DNA of 64,000 nt, from NCBI GenBank assembly GCA_965203175.1, contig OZ241867.1, positions 3,040,001 through 3,104,000 of the forward strand, given 5' to 3'. Positions 47,599-57,411 of this stretch are shown here, piece after piece. Below the pieces are notes generated by a model that had not been told where the DNA came from, searched no databases, and saw only the letters and a program-made list of their open reading frames with translations. The DNA is from Candidatus Latescibacterota bacterium. GTDB lineage: Bacteria; Latescibacterota; UBA2968; UBA8231. Both the position numbers and the translations under genes were made by a program. Each line of letters starts with the position of its first letter. Position 1 is the stretch's first letter.

Positions 47599-50328
47599 AT
47601 GTACGGCTTATACGGGTTGGTTTTCCTGCTCCTCAGCAGCTTGATGAGTCCAGATTGGCTCCAGGCGCAGGATTACGGATCTCGCCTCGGAGTACAGCGC
47701 GGTGGTCGGGTGTCGTATGAACCTCGGGGCCCGGGCGTGCTCTTTGACGCTCTCGATCCAACCCTCAAACGCTGGTACGTGCCCCAAGAACTCTACAACG
47801 AGTACCGCTGGCGGCCTTGGCAGTACAACAACTACGCCCGCGAGAATTACCAGCGCTACGTCAATACAGCCATAGAGGGCAATTACTTCTACGACCTATA
47901 CGGCAATTTTGTCACCCAAGGTTGGCTGATATACGACATGCGCCGGCAACAACCGGCCGAGTTCGGCAGCACCGTATTCAAGGACAGCCGCTATGGCTCG
48001 TGGTTCAACAACGTCTTGATCGCCTCCGACAGCAAGGGCCAGAATCACTATGCGGTGACCATTGGCAATAGCATCCGCACGACGCTGACGCCGCTGACTT
48101 TTTCCAAGCCGGCCTTCAACGGCATCCAGGCCGATTTTGCCTCGGACAAGTACCAGGCCACGGTGCTGATGTCGCGCATCAGTGCCCCCAATCAAGTGGG
48201 CGTTGCCGTCGGTGCCGTGCCCACGGGCGTGTCGAATACCACCGACTTTCTCGGCGGCCACTTCACTGCCCAAGTGGGCGATTTCGTTACTTTGGGGACC
48301 ACCTATATCAACGCCCACCAGTCCAATACGCTGTTGGAGAGCTTTTTAGGTGGTCGCGCCCAAGGCGATTTGACCGTCGATCAAAACAGCAGCGCCGTCA
48401 CCCGCATCGAAATCCTGCTCGAAGACGACTCGCCCGCCGACGGTCGGGGAGGGGCGGCGCTGTTTTCGCAAAATATCATCATCACTGCGATCCGGGACTT
48501 CAATACCGGCGAGCGCGCAACCGTCACGGGCAAGGAGATCAACTTCGCGCCTCTCGTCCAGGGCGGTTTCCAGCGGCAGGGGGGCTTTTTGGCTGCGGAC
48601 GGGGACGAGACCATTCGCCTCATCTACGATTTTTCCGACCGCTCCTATCTGGGGCCCGATCCCTCGACCATCGTCGAGGTTACTTTCGAGTTAGTGCTGG
48701 CCAACGACTACAAGGTGTCGATGGCTTCCAACCGCCAACTGAGCCGCGCCGGAGAATTCCACCCCCTGCTAATCGCCCGGGCCGACGGCAATGTGCGCGA
48801 CACTTCGAATCAGCGGCTCGTGCGCTTTGATTACGGTCTGCCCACAGCCAACCAAATTTTCGGTTTCCACCTCGCCACGACGAGCTTCTTGGGCTTTGAC
48901 ACCTATGCCGAGTACGCGGTCAACCACCAGTTCAGGAAGTACCCCAACCCCAATGTAGAAGGCGACCACGAATCGGCTTCGCGGCGCGCCGACGCTTGGA
49001 TGCTAAACGCGGCGAAAAACGCCTATCCGTGGTTTGTCTATGGCGAGGCCTTCAGCATGGGCAAAGACTACGCGACCAGCATTTTTCTCAGCGACCAGCG
49101 GGGCGTAATCGACTATGCGACCCAGAACCGATTCTTCGAATTCGTCGAGGACAACGACGACCAAGACCGCACCCCCGACTGGGGGCGCGTCTACCAAGCC
49201 GGTCCCGATATCGAGGTCTTTCCGGGCTGGGACGAGAACAACGATTTCATCAACGACTTCAACCAAAATGACAACCGCACGCGCGAGAATCAGTTGCCCG
49301 ATTACGAAGAACCTTTCCTGCGCTATCACAGCGACCGGCCCGAGTTCCTCTTTGGCATTGATCTCAACAACAACGGCTGGATCGACCGCTTTGAGAACGA
49401 CACCGAGCCAGACTTCCCTTACAAACGCGACCATCGGGGGTACAATGCCTATGGCGGTGTCCATCTGACGCCGGAGACTCGGCTGACTGCGGGGCGCACC
49501 CGGCAGTGGTTGATTTCGTCTGCGCGGCGCAGCGAGACCAGTTACGCTCTCTTCACCTTTGACAAGGATATCGCCGACTTGGGGCGCATCCGGGTTTTTG
49601 AACATCTGAAACGGGCGCGCGACAATATAGCCGACGACCGCATTGCGCCCCTGCCCTTTTTTCGCGGTCCGCAGCTACCCGTCCAAGATGTGCTGTCGGC
49701 CCGAGACACTTGGATCAACACCGTGTGGCTGGGCTTCAGCTACACGGGCACGGCCAACCTGACGGTGGAAAACAAGTTCAAGTACGAATTTTTCCACCAA
49801 TTGCTCGACGATGAGGTGTTGGCGGAGTTGGGTGCTCGGCGGGACTCGCGCTTTTTCGGGCTGATCAATAAAGCCGAGTATTCTCTCAATGTAGCAGGGG
49901 TGAAATTGATGCCACGGGTCAAAAGCGAGTACCTGATTGACTCACCCTTTCTGCGATCCGAAGACGAGCGCAAGCAGTGGACTCCGAGTTTGTTTTTCAT
50001 CACCCGCCTGCCGCTGATGCCGCGCACCCAGATCGAAGCGGGCTTGGAACAGAGCTACCGCTGGGAGTTGCTAAACGACGAAGGGGCCTTAGTTGAGACT
50101 GGGGCCGAAGGAGTGGGTACCGGGGATCAGCGCGAGACGATTTTGGCGATCCAGGCGACCAATATTAGCGATTATTTGGGCTATAAACTGATCACTCAGC
50201 TCGGTTTCCAATACGAGCGCCGGGCCGCGGAAATCGTCGAAAAGAAAACCACTGATTTTGGTTTGGGAAACAGGACCTCGACCGGTTTCACAACCTTTAT
50301 CACGGTGTACGCCGGTCTGGGTCTCTAG
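47599..50328 (+). CDS. Large secreted/outer-membrane protein of unknown function with Asp-rich insert (paralog A)
   Basis: Signal peptide, many alternating-polarity beta segments, DNDDQD/DENND/DLNNNG Ca-binding-like motifs, ends FITVYAGLGL. Confidence 0.7.
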   Translation: MYGLYGLVFLLLSSLMSPDWLQAQDYGSRLGVQRGGRVSYEPRGPGVLFDALDPTLKRWYVPQELYNEYRWRPWQYNNYARENYQRYVNTAIEGNYFYDLYGNFVTQGWLIYDMRRQQPAEFGSTVFKDSRYGSWFNNVLIASDSKGQNHYAVTIGNSIRTTLTPLTFSKPAFNGIQADFASDKYQATVLMSRISAPNQVGVAVGAVPTGVSNTTDFLGGHFTAQVGDFVTLGTTYINAHQSNTLLESFLGGRAQGDLTVDQNSSAVTRIEILLEDDSPADGRGGAALFSQNIIITAIRDFNTGERATVTGKEINFAPLVQGGFQRQGGFLAADGDETIRLIYDFSDRSYLGPDPSTIVEVTFELVLANDYKVSMASNRQLSRAGEFHPLLIARADGNVRDTSNQRLVRFDYGLPTANQIFGFHLATTSFLGFDTYAEYAVNHQFRKYPNPNVEGDHESASRRADAWMLNAAKNAYPWFVYGEAFSMGKDYATSIFLSDQRGVIDYATQNRFFEFVEDNDDQDRTPDWGRVYQAGPDIEVFPGWDENNDFINDFNQNDNRTRENQLPDYEEPFLRYHSDRPEFLFGIDLNNNGWIDRFENDTEPDFPYKRDHRGYNAYGGVHLTPETRLTAGRTRQWLISSARRSETSYALFTFDKDIADLGRIRVFEHLKRARDNIADDRIAPLPFFRGPQLPVQDVLSARDTWINTVWLGFSYTGTANLTVENKFKYEFFHQLLDDEVLAELGARRDSRFFGLINKAEYSLNVAGVKLMPRVKSEYLIDSPFLRSEDERKQWTPSLFFITRLPLMPRTQIEAGLEQSYRWELLNDEGALVETGAEGVGTGDQRETILAIQATNISDYLGYKLITQLGFQYERRAAEIVEKKTTDFGLGNRTSTGFTTFITVYAGLGL

Positions 50329-50330
50329 TC

Positions 50331-53063
50331 GTGGCACGTGCGGTTATTATCACACTCACCCTGTTGGCGCTTGGCCCCGGCGATCTCCGATCCGAGGAAT
50401 ACGGCAATCGCTTGGGCCAGGGGTACGGCGTCGAACTGCAATATCTCACGCGCAGCCGCAGCACGCTCATCAACGCCATCGATCCAAGGGTGCAGAAGTG
50501 GTACATGCCCCAAGAATTGTACAGCGAATACCGCCTGAAGCAGTGGGAGTACACCAACTATGCGAGGAATTTCTATCGCAGCTATTTATCGGCGACGCTC
50601 GAAGGGGATTACTTCTACGATCTGTTTGGTCGTCGCGTGATGCACGGGTGGTTGGTCTATGAGGCGCGAAAAGAACAACCGAGGGCCTCAGAGGGCAACA
50701 GTTTGCTCAAGGGCCTGCCCTACGGCAGCAATTTCCAGAACCTGATCATCGCCTCTGACTCCAGGGGACAGCACCATTTCTCTTTGACTATAGGCGATGA
50801 GATCGCTACGACCCTCACGCCGATGACGTTCCGCAAGGCCGTCTTCAACGGCGTTCAGTTTCACTATCTGCGGGATCGCTACGCGGGTACGGTGCTGTTG
50901 TCGCGCATCAGCGCGCCGCTGGTTACTACCTCGTCGTTTGACGTGGGGCTGACCAATGCCACGGAATTGACCGCTGGGCGTCTCACTGCCGAGGTGGGCG
51001 AACACGTCACGGTCGGCGGTACGTACGTCAATAGCCACAATAGCCGCGCCACCTTGGAGCGCTTTGCTGGCAATATGTTCAAGGGATTTCTCACCACCGA
51101 CCAAGCGGGCAACGCCGTTACTTTTGTCGAGGTGCGCCTCGGCGACGATTCGCCCGAAGATGGCGAGAATGGGGCCGTACTCTTTGCCGAGAACATCATC
51201 CTAAAGGATGTAAACGGCCATCAGTGGAACGGCGCGCAGGTCGGTTATGTGCCGTCGCGCACAGGCGGTGAACTGCGCGACGGTTTTGCAGTGGCAGACG
51301 GCGGCGACCGCATTGTGCTGCGCTACAATCTCGAAGCCTTGGCCTCGGCACGGGTCGTGGAGGTAGAAGGCGAGCCTATGTGGCTCCCAACTACGGTTGA
51401 TTCCCTCGCCGAGGTGGGCTTTGAATTGGTCTTGGCCAACGATTATCGAGTTGAGATCGCTTCGAATCGCCAAACCAATATAGAGGCGCAGCCGGTCTTT
51501 CTCTTGGTCGAGAGCGCTCCGGGCAATGTCGGCGATACTTCCAACCGGCGCACCGTGCGCTTTGACTACGGTCTGCCCACGGCTAACCAGATCGCTGGCC
51601 TCACCTTGGAAGTGCGCCAAGTGTGGGGTTTTGACCTGTACGCCGAATTAAACGTCAACCACCGCTTTGCGCAGTACCCCAGCCCTTTGCTGGCGACCCA
51701 TCGAACGTCCTCTAGACAGGCCCAAGCGTGGATGGTCAATCTAGCGCAAATACGCGCGCCCTATTTTTTGCACGGCGAAATTTTCAGCATGGACCCGGAT
51801 TACACCACCAGCGTCTTTATGACCGAGACCAATGGGCGGGTCGATTACGTCGATCAAGAGTCCTTTTTGTACGACTATGTCGATGACAACGACGATTTGG
51901 ATCGCTTGCCGGACCAAAAGCGCCGGTGGCAGTCATCGTGGCTGGGAGAAACTATTTCTACTGGCGAGGGGGCAGCCGATCCGGCCGTGTTTCCCGGTTG
52001 GGACGAAAACGGCGATTTCATCTCCGATTTCAATCAGAACGATACGCCGACGCGCCGCAATGCACTGGCCGATTACGAGGAGCCCTTTTTGCGCTTCAAC
52101 GTCGATCGGCCCGAGTTCCTTTTTGGCGTTGACATGAATAACAACGGCTGGATCGACCGCTTTGAAGACGATGTTGATCCCGATTATCCCTACGACCGGA
52201 ATCTGCGGGGATACAATGTGTACGGCGGCGTCGATGTCGTGCCCAAAGTACGCCTGACCGTGGGCCAGACGCGGCAATGGCAGTTGTCAACTAAGCGGCG
52301 CAGTGAGGCTGCGTATGGTCTTTTCGTCTTGGAACGGGACTGGCCCGGCATTGGTCGCCTGCGCGTCTTTGAGCATTTGAAGAAAGTGCGCGACAATATA
52401 GCGGACGACCGCTTGGCGGCCTCGCAGGCCATTGGCGCTCAGCAGGCCGTGGTGGAAGATCCGCTAGCGGCCCAGAACACTTGGATCAACACCGTGTGGC
52501 TGGGGTTTGATTACACCGGCCTAGGCTCTCTGCAGGTAATCAACAAATTCAAGTACGAGCTCTTGCACCAGCGCGCCGAGCAGCAGGTGCTCACCGAGCG
52601 CGGTGCCCGCCGTCGAGGGCGCTTTTTGGGTGTGGTCAATAAGGCCGATTACGGCCGCGATATTGGCCGAATACACATCCGGCCGCGCCTTAAAAACGAG
52701 TTCTTCTGGGATGTTCCCTATCTCGAACGGGCAAGCGAGCGCCAGTGGTGGAAACAGATGCTGTCGTTCAGCGTGCGCTTCCCCATTCTCAAGGAGTCGT
52801 GGATTGAGACAGGCGTTGAACAGGTTTTTATCACTGACCTAGCGACGGACGCAAAGCAAATGGCTGCGGGCGAGCGCACGGGCGATGGCCAACAGACGAT
52901 CCTAGCGCTCCAGTTGACTAACTACGGTACGTACATGGGCTACCGCTCGATCATGCAGTGCGGCTTGCGCTTTGATCGGGACCAGTTTGAGCGCGTTGAC
53001 CGGAAGTCCGAAACCAAGACGGGCAGCCTCGTCTTTGTCTCGTTCTACGCCGGTCTGGAGTAG
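50331..53063 (+). CDS. Large secreted/outer-membrane protein of unknown function (paralog B)
   Basis: Colinear with 47599..50328 (WYxPQELY, TTLTPxTFxK, FDYGLPTANQI, RPEFLFGxDxNNNGWIDRFE); ends FVSFYAGLE. Confidence 0.7.
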   Translation: MARAVIITLTLLALGPGDLRSEEYGNRLGQGYGVELQYLTRSRSTLINAIDPRVQKWYMPQELYSEYRLKQWEYTNYARNFYRSYLSATLEGDYFYDLFGRRVMHGWLVYEARKEQPRASEGNSLLKGLPYGSNFQNLIIASDSRGQHHFSLTIGDEIATTLTPMTFRKAVFNGVQFHYLRDRYAGTVLLSRISAPLVTTSSFDVGLTNATELTAGRLTAEVGEHVTVGGTYVNSHNSRATLERFAGNMFKGFLTTDQAGNAVTFVEVRLGDDSPEDGENGAVLFAENIILKDVNGHQWNGAQVGYVPSRTGGELRDGFAVADGGDRIVLRYNLEALASARVVEVEGEPMWLPTTVDSLAEVGFELVLANDYRVEIASNRQTNIEAQPVFLLVESAPGNVGDTSNRRTVRFDYGLPTANQIAGLTLEVRQVWGFDLYAELNVNHRFAQYPSPLLATHRTSSRQAQAWMVNLAQIRAPYFLHGEIFSMDPDYTTSVFMTETNGRVDYVDQESFLYDYVDDNDDLDRLPDQKRRWQSSWLGETISTGEGAADPAVFPGWDENGDFISDFNQNDTPTRRNALADYEEPFLRFNVDRPEFLFGVDMNNNGWIDRFEDDVDPDYPYDRNLRGYNVYGGVDVVPKVRLTVGQTRQWQLSTKRRSEAAYGLFVLERDWPGIGRLRVFEHLKKVRDNIADDRLAASQAIGAQQAVVEDPLAAQNTWINTVWLGFDYTGLGSLQVINKFKYELLHQRAEQQVLTERGARRRGRFLGVVNKADYGRDIGRIHIRPRLKNEFFWDVPYLERASERQWWKQMLSFSVRFPILKESWIETGVEQVFITDLATDAKQMAAGERTGDGQQTILALQLTNYGTYMGYRSIMQCGLRFDRDQFERVDRKSETKTGSLVFVSFYAGLE

Positions 53064-53073
53064 GAGGATTTCT

Positions 53074-55587
53074 ATGACGAGCAGACATTGGGCGATCTGG
53101 ATTTTAGTCATCGCGCTCGGTTGCCGGGCCGCAGTGGCTCAAGAGGGGTACGCGATTCAAGGCAACCGCATTGTCACCCAAGGTGCAGACCAGTGGCACC
53201 AATGGATTTTTCCCTTTGGCACGGTCGATATCGACTCCGAGGGCGCTAGACCGCACTTTGTGGCGTCGGAACTCAATGCCTGCCTCAATGCGCACCGCTT
53301 TCCCCTATGGGCCGACGAAGATGAAAAGGAAGGGGGGATCTTGTCGGCTGGATCGGGGCTGGCCGGAGCAGTGCGCATTCTCGATGGCAATGTAGATACC
53401 TACTGGGAGCCCGACCTAGACGATCCACAGGATCTGTGGTGGGTGGCGATTGACTTGGGGCGGATCGTATCGGCCAAGCACATTGTTTTGCGCTTTGCCC
53501 GGGAAGGTGAGGGCGATCCGTTTTACCAATTCCGCCTGATGGTGGCCGACGGCGAAGGCAAGGTTGGCGATAATCTCGATTATCACTTGGTCGGCAAGAC
53601 CGAGCGACCCAATGTGGACCAACGCGAATTTTCGTTTGATCTACAGCCCTTTCAAAGTGCCGATCCCCATTTTACCGGCGATGCCTTTCGCTTTGTGCAG
53701 GTGGTGATGACGGACAGCCGCTTGGGCAAGGCCGAGGAAGTGGACAGCTTGGCCTACCAGAATTTGCCAGCGAAGCTGCAGGGCGCAGTGGAGTACTTTG
53801 GTCGCAGTCGCAGCGGGAGCGAGTGGCTGCTCGACAGGGAGGCCTATGAACTGCTCGATCAGTCCGAGCGGGGTTCAATCCGCTATTACCGCCGCGAACA
53901 ACCGCGCCTCGCCGAGGTCGAAGTCTGGACCTTGGGCGAGAATATATCGCTGGGGGCGATCCAGCGGGGCGGCACAGTGGAAGGGCACGGCTTTAATCCC
54001 ACTCGCAGCCTCGATGGGGACTACACAACTTGGTACGGTCTGCAGCAGAGTTATACCCGCGAGGCGGCCGAGCCCGAGCGGCAAGTTCTCTTCGACCTAG
54101 GGGCTTTGTACTGGCTGGATTTATTCCACTTTCTGCCGCCAGCGGCCCGCAGCGCCGGCGGCACGCTGGGCAATTATCGGATGAAATTGTCGGACGGTTC
54201 GCTCGCTCCTGACGGAAGTCTGCAGTGGGTACAGGTCGAAGAGCGGCGAGTCTTCCGCCAGCCTCGGTTCCAAGAGGTGCGCTTTGAGTTGCAAAAGGTC
54301 CGCTACATCGCCTTTGACTACCTAGTGGGCAGAGGGGGCAACAGAGCCGGATGGTCCGAACTCCAGGCTTACGGCGAGGGCTATCAGCCGGAAGTGGTGT
54401 TAGAATCGCCGTTGATCGACTTGAGCAGTAGCATGAATTTGACCACGCTCCACTGGGAGGCCGACGTCCCGCCCGGTACGCGCATTGAGGTGGCCACCCG
54501 CACCGGCGATCAGACCAAAGTCAACACCACGTATTATCGGAGCGACGGCGCTGAGGTGGACAAAAAAGCATACCATAAATTGATTGCCGCGCTCAAGGGG
54601 GATTCGCTCAATGTGTTGGTCGTCGATGAGGAAACTTGGAGCCCTTGGAGCAAACCGCACCTGCTGTCGGGCCAAGTCATCACTTCGCCGTCGCCACGTC
54701 GCTTCCTCAAGACCCAGGTGCGGTTGAGCAGCGACGACCCGCAAAATGCCGTGCTATTGCGGCGCTTGGAGGTGTCGTTTTCCCAACCGTGGGTGGGCAG
54801 AGCCTTGGGCGAGGTATTCCCGGTACAAGTGGAACATCCGGGAGAGGACACGCGGCTGACCTTTTTCGTGCGGCCTGTGCGGCGGGCGGGCGATCCGGGC
54901 ATTGACGAGGTGTTGTTGGTCAGTTCAGGGGAGACGCCGCTGGCGCTACGGGAGGTACGCCTTGGCTCGGCAACAGAAGTAGCTGCCGGAGGTGGCGAAG
55001 CGCTGGGCCTAGATGTGGTGGAAGTGCTCGAGACCGCGACCGATTCGCTGTGGGTACGCCTGCCCAACGCAGTCGGCCGCAACGAGGTCCTCGCGGTTGA
55101 TGTATTGACCGCGCTATTTGGCCACGGCGTTTCCTTTGCCGGACGGGTGGGCAACCGCGATGATTCGGGAACTTGGCAATTGGTCGAAGCCGATCAGGAG
55201 GCCGTGGCCGAAGTGGAAAGCGGTGTCCTTCGGGTGTTGGTGCCCTCGGGTCAGGTGGGTTTGGCGGACCTGACGCTGGATACAAAGGTCTTGACGCCCA
55301 ATGGGGATGGGATCAACGACGCAGCGCGGATTGGCTTTGAAGTGCTGCGCTTGGATGGAGCCCAGGTGGTGATCGTCTCGGTGCACGATCTGGCCGGTCG
55401 CCGCCTTTGGACACTGGAGCAGGTGCGCGAGCGGGCGAGCGGGCAATACGAGGTGGTTTGGGAGGGAATGGATGATGCGGGCGAGCGGGTGCCGCCGGGG
55501 ACGTATATTTTGCGGGTGGAGGTGGATGCGGATGCGCGCAGCAATGTGCGGACTAAGATAATACGGCTAGCTCACGTGGTGTATTGA
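53074..55587 (+). CDS. Secreted protein with two discoidin-like domains + FlgD-Ig/CHU_C-like domain (family member 5)
   Basis: AGGAGG RBS; LDGNVDTYW...IDLGR...AEVEVW and LDGDYTTW...FDLGA...SELQAYGEGY; WSPWS, GEVFP, LTPNGDGIND, ends AHVVY. Confidence 0.78.
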   Translation: MTSRHWAIWILVIALGCRAAVAQEGYAIQGNRIVTQGADQWHQWIFPFGTVDIDSEGARPHFVASELNACLNAHRFPLWADEDEKEGGILSAGSGLAGAVRILDGNVDTYWEPDLDDPQDLWWVAIDLGRIVSAKHIVLRFAREGEGDPFYQFRLMVADGEGKVGDNLDYHLVGKTERPNVDQREFSFDLQPFQSADPHFTGDAFRFVQVVMTDSRLGKAEEVDSLAYQNLPAKLQGAVEYFGRSRSGSEWLLDREAYELLDQSERGSIRYYRREQPRLAEVEVWTLGENISLGAIQRGGTVEGHGFNPTRSLDGDYTTWYGLQQSYTREAAEPERQVLFDLGALYWLDLFHFLPPAARSAGGTLGNYRMKLSDGSLAPDGSLQWVQVEERRVFRQPRFQEVRFELQKVRYIAFDYLVGRGGNRAGWSELQAYGEGYQPEVVLESPLIDLSSSMNLTTLHWEADVPPGTRIEVATRTGDQTKVNTTYYRSDGAEVDKKAYHKLIAALKGDSLNVLVVDEETWSPWSKPHLLSGQVITSPSPRRFLKTQVRLSSDDPQNAVLLRRLEVSFSQPWVGRALGEVFPVQVEHPGEDTRLTFFVRPVRRAGDPGIDEVLLVSSGETPLALREVRLGSATEVAAGGGEALGLDVVEVLETATDSLWVRLPNAVGRNEVLAVDVLTALFGHGVSFAGRVGNRDDSGTWQLVEADQEAVAEVESGVLRVLVPSGQVGLADLTLDTKVLTPNGDGINDAARIGFEVLRLDGAQVVIVSVHDLAGRRLWTLEQVRERASGQYEVVWEGMDDAGERVPPGTYILRVEVDADARSNVRTKIIRLAHVVY

Positions 55588-55596
55588 GGCGCAGGG

Positions 55597-57411
55597 GTGG
55601 GCTGCCAAGTCCAACGATTGACGGCTATCTTGGCGCTTGGCTGGTCTATGGGCTGCCAAAGCGAGTCGCCTGCGGTGCGTTTTACCGACGCCACCGACCA
55701 AGCGGGCCTTTCTTTTATACACGAAAACGGTGCCGCCGGGCAGTACTTTCTCATCGAGACTATGGGCGCGGGCGGGGCGCTGGCCGACTTTGACGAGGAC
55801 GGCGACTTAGATATCTATCTGGTCAACGGCTTCGACCTAAGAGGCTTGGACGCCCCGCCGATCAACTTGGTGCATCGAGAAGATGGCCTCTATTGGGTGG
55901 CCCCATCGGCATCCAGCGCCGCAGACCGCTCTGCGGACCCAGCCGATTACGCGGTCGCGCTGGCCCCCGTAGCTGGGGTGGAACCAAGGGGCAATGCGCT
56001 CTACCGCAACGAAGGGACTGGTACTTTTGTCGAAGTGCCCAATGCTGGTGGGGCTGCGGACCTAGGTTATGGCATGGGCGTAGCCGTGGCCGATGCCGAC
56101 AACGACGGCGACCAGGACCTGTACGTGACCAACTACGGGCCCAATGCTCTCTATCACAACCGAGGGGACGCCGTCTTTACCCGCAGCCGTGGCGTCGAGG
56201 CCCCCCAATGGAGTACCAGCGCTGCCTTTTTCGACCACGACAACGATGGCGCGCTCGATCTGTACGTGGTCAATTATCTCGACTTTACCTTAGCTACCAA
56301 CAAAATCTGCGGCGGTTTCATCCGCACTGACGACGCGGGCTTGCGCGCCATTGGCGAAGATACGCGCTCGTACTGCGCGCCCAGCGAGTACGGGGGCGTG
56401 CCCGATGTGCTCTACCACAACGAGAGGGAAGGCACTTTTACCGATGTATCCATCGCCGCCGGTATCGCCAATCCCAATGGCAAGGGCTTGGGTGTAGTGG
56501 CTTGGGACTGGAACGAGGACGGCTACCAAGATTTGTACGTGGCCAACGACGGGGTGGCGAACTTCCTTTACCAAAATACCGGCGATGGCACCTTCCGCGA
56601 TATAGCCCTACAAGCCGGGGTGGCCTACAATGTGCGCGGCCAAGCCGAGGCTGGCATGGGAGTGGACATCGGCGATTGCGACCGCGATGGCGATTGGGAT
56701 CTGTTCGTCACCAATTTCTCCCGCGAAACCAATACGCTCTACCGCAATGAAGGAACCTACTTCAAAGATGTGACTGCGACGTCGGGCTTGGGCCGGCCGA
56801 GTTGGCTCTATTTGGGCTTTGGCACTGCGTTTTTCGATTACGACCACGACGGCGACCAAGATCTGTACGTGGCCAACGGCCATGTCTTGGACCGCGTCCA
56901 TATACTGCAACCTGGGGTGCGCTACGCCCAAGAGCATCAGCTATTTCGCAACGACAGTTCCTGCCGCTTCGTCGATGTGGCAGACAGTGCGGGGAGTTGG
57001 TTCGCGCAAGAGCAAATAAGTCGAGGGTTGGCCCAAGGCGACTGGGACGGCGACGGCGATTTGGACCTGCTGGTGACCAATTGCGGAGGACCAGCCAAGC
57101 TAGCGCGCAATCACGACGGCAACGGGCGCAATTGGATCTCAATCAAGTTGGTGGCTACAGCGGCCAATCGGGATGCGGTGGGAGCCGAGGTGCGGCTGGT
57201 GACCGGTTCGTTGGAACAGCGCCGCCTGGTGAGAAGCGGGAGCAGCTATTTATCGGCTGGCGACCGGCGACTCCACTTCGGCTTGGGAGGCCACGAGCGC
57301 ATTGACCTGCTGGAAGTACAATGGCCGGATGGGACCATCGAGGGATTTCGGGATTTACCCGCCGACCAAAATTTGCTAATTGAGCAAGGACGGGGTGTGC
57401 AGGATGAATAG
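55597..57411 (+). CDS. CRTAC1/ASPIC-UnbV family lipoprotein
   Basis: Lipobox-like SMGC, RFTDAT, ETMGAG, FG-GAP repeats, AVGAEV...SYLS...LHFGLG...VQWPDG. Confidence 0.87.
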   Translation: MGCQVQRLTAILALGWSMGCQSESPAVRFTDATDQAGLSFIHENGAAGQYFLIETMGAGGALADFDEDGDLDIYLVNGFDLRGLDAPPINLVHREDGLYWVAPSASSAADRSADPADYAVALAPVAGVEPRGNALYRNEGTGTFVEVPNAGGAADLGYGMGVAVADADNDGDQDLYVTNYGPNALYHNRGDAVFTRSRGVEAPQWSTSAAFFDHDNDGALDLYVVNYLDFTLATNKICGGFIRTDDAGLRAIGEDTRSYCAPSEYGGVPDVLYHNEREGTFTDVSIAAGIANPNGKGLGVVAWDWNEDGYQDLYVANDGVANFLYQNTGDGTFRDIALQAGVAYNVRGQAEAGMGVDIGDCDRDGDWDLFVTNFSRETNTLYRNEGTYFKDVTATSGLGRPSWLYLGFGTAFFDYDHDGDQDLYVANGHVLDRVHILQPGVRYAQEHQLFRNDSSCRFVDVADSAGSWFAQEQISRGLAQGDWDGDGDLDLLVTNCGGPAKLARNHDGNGRNWISIKLVATAANRDAVGAEVRLVTGSLEQRRLVRSGSSYLSAGDRRLHFGLGGHERIDLLEVQWPDGTIEGFRDLPADQNLLIEQGRGVQDE

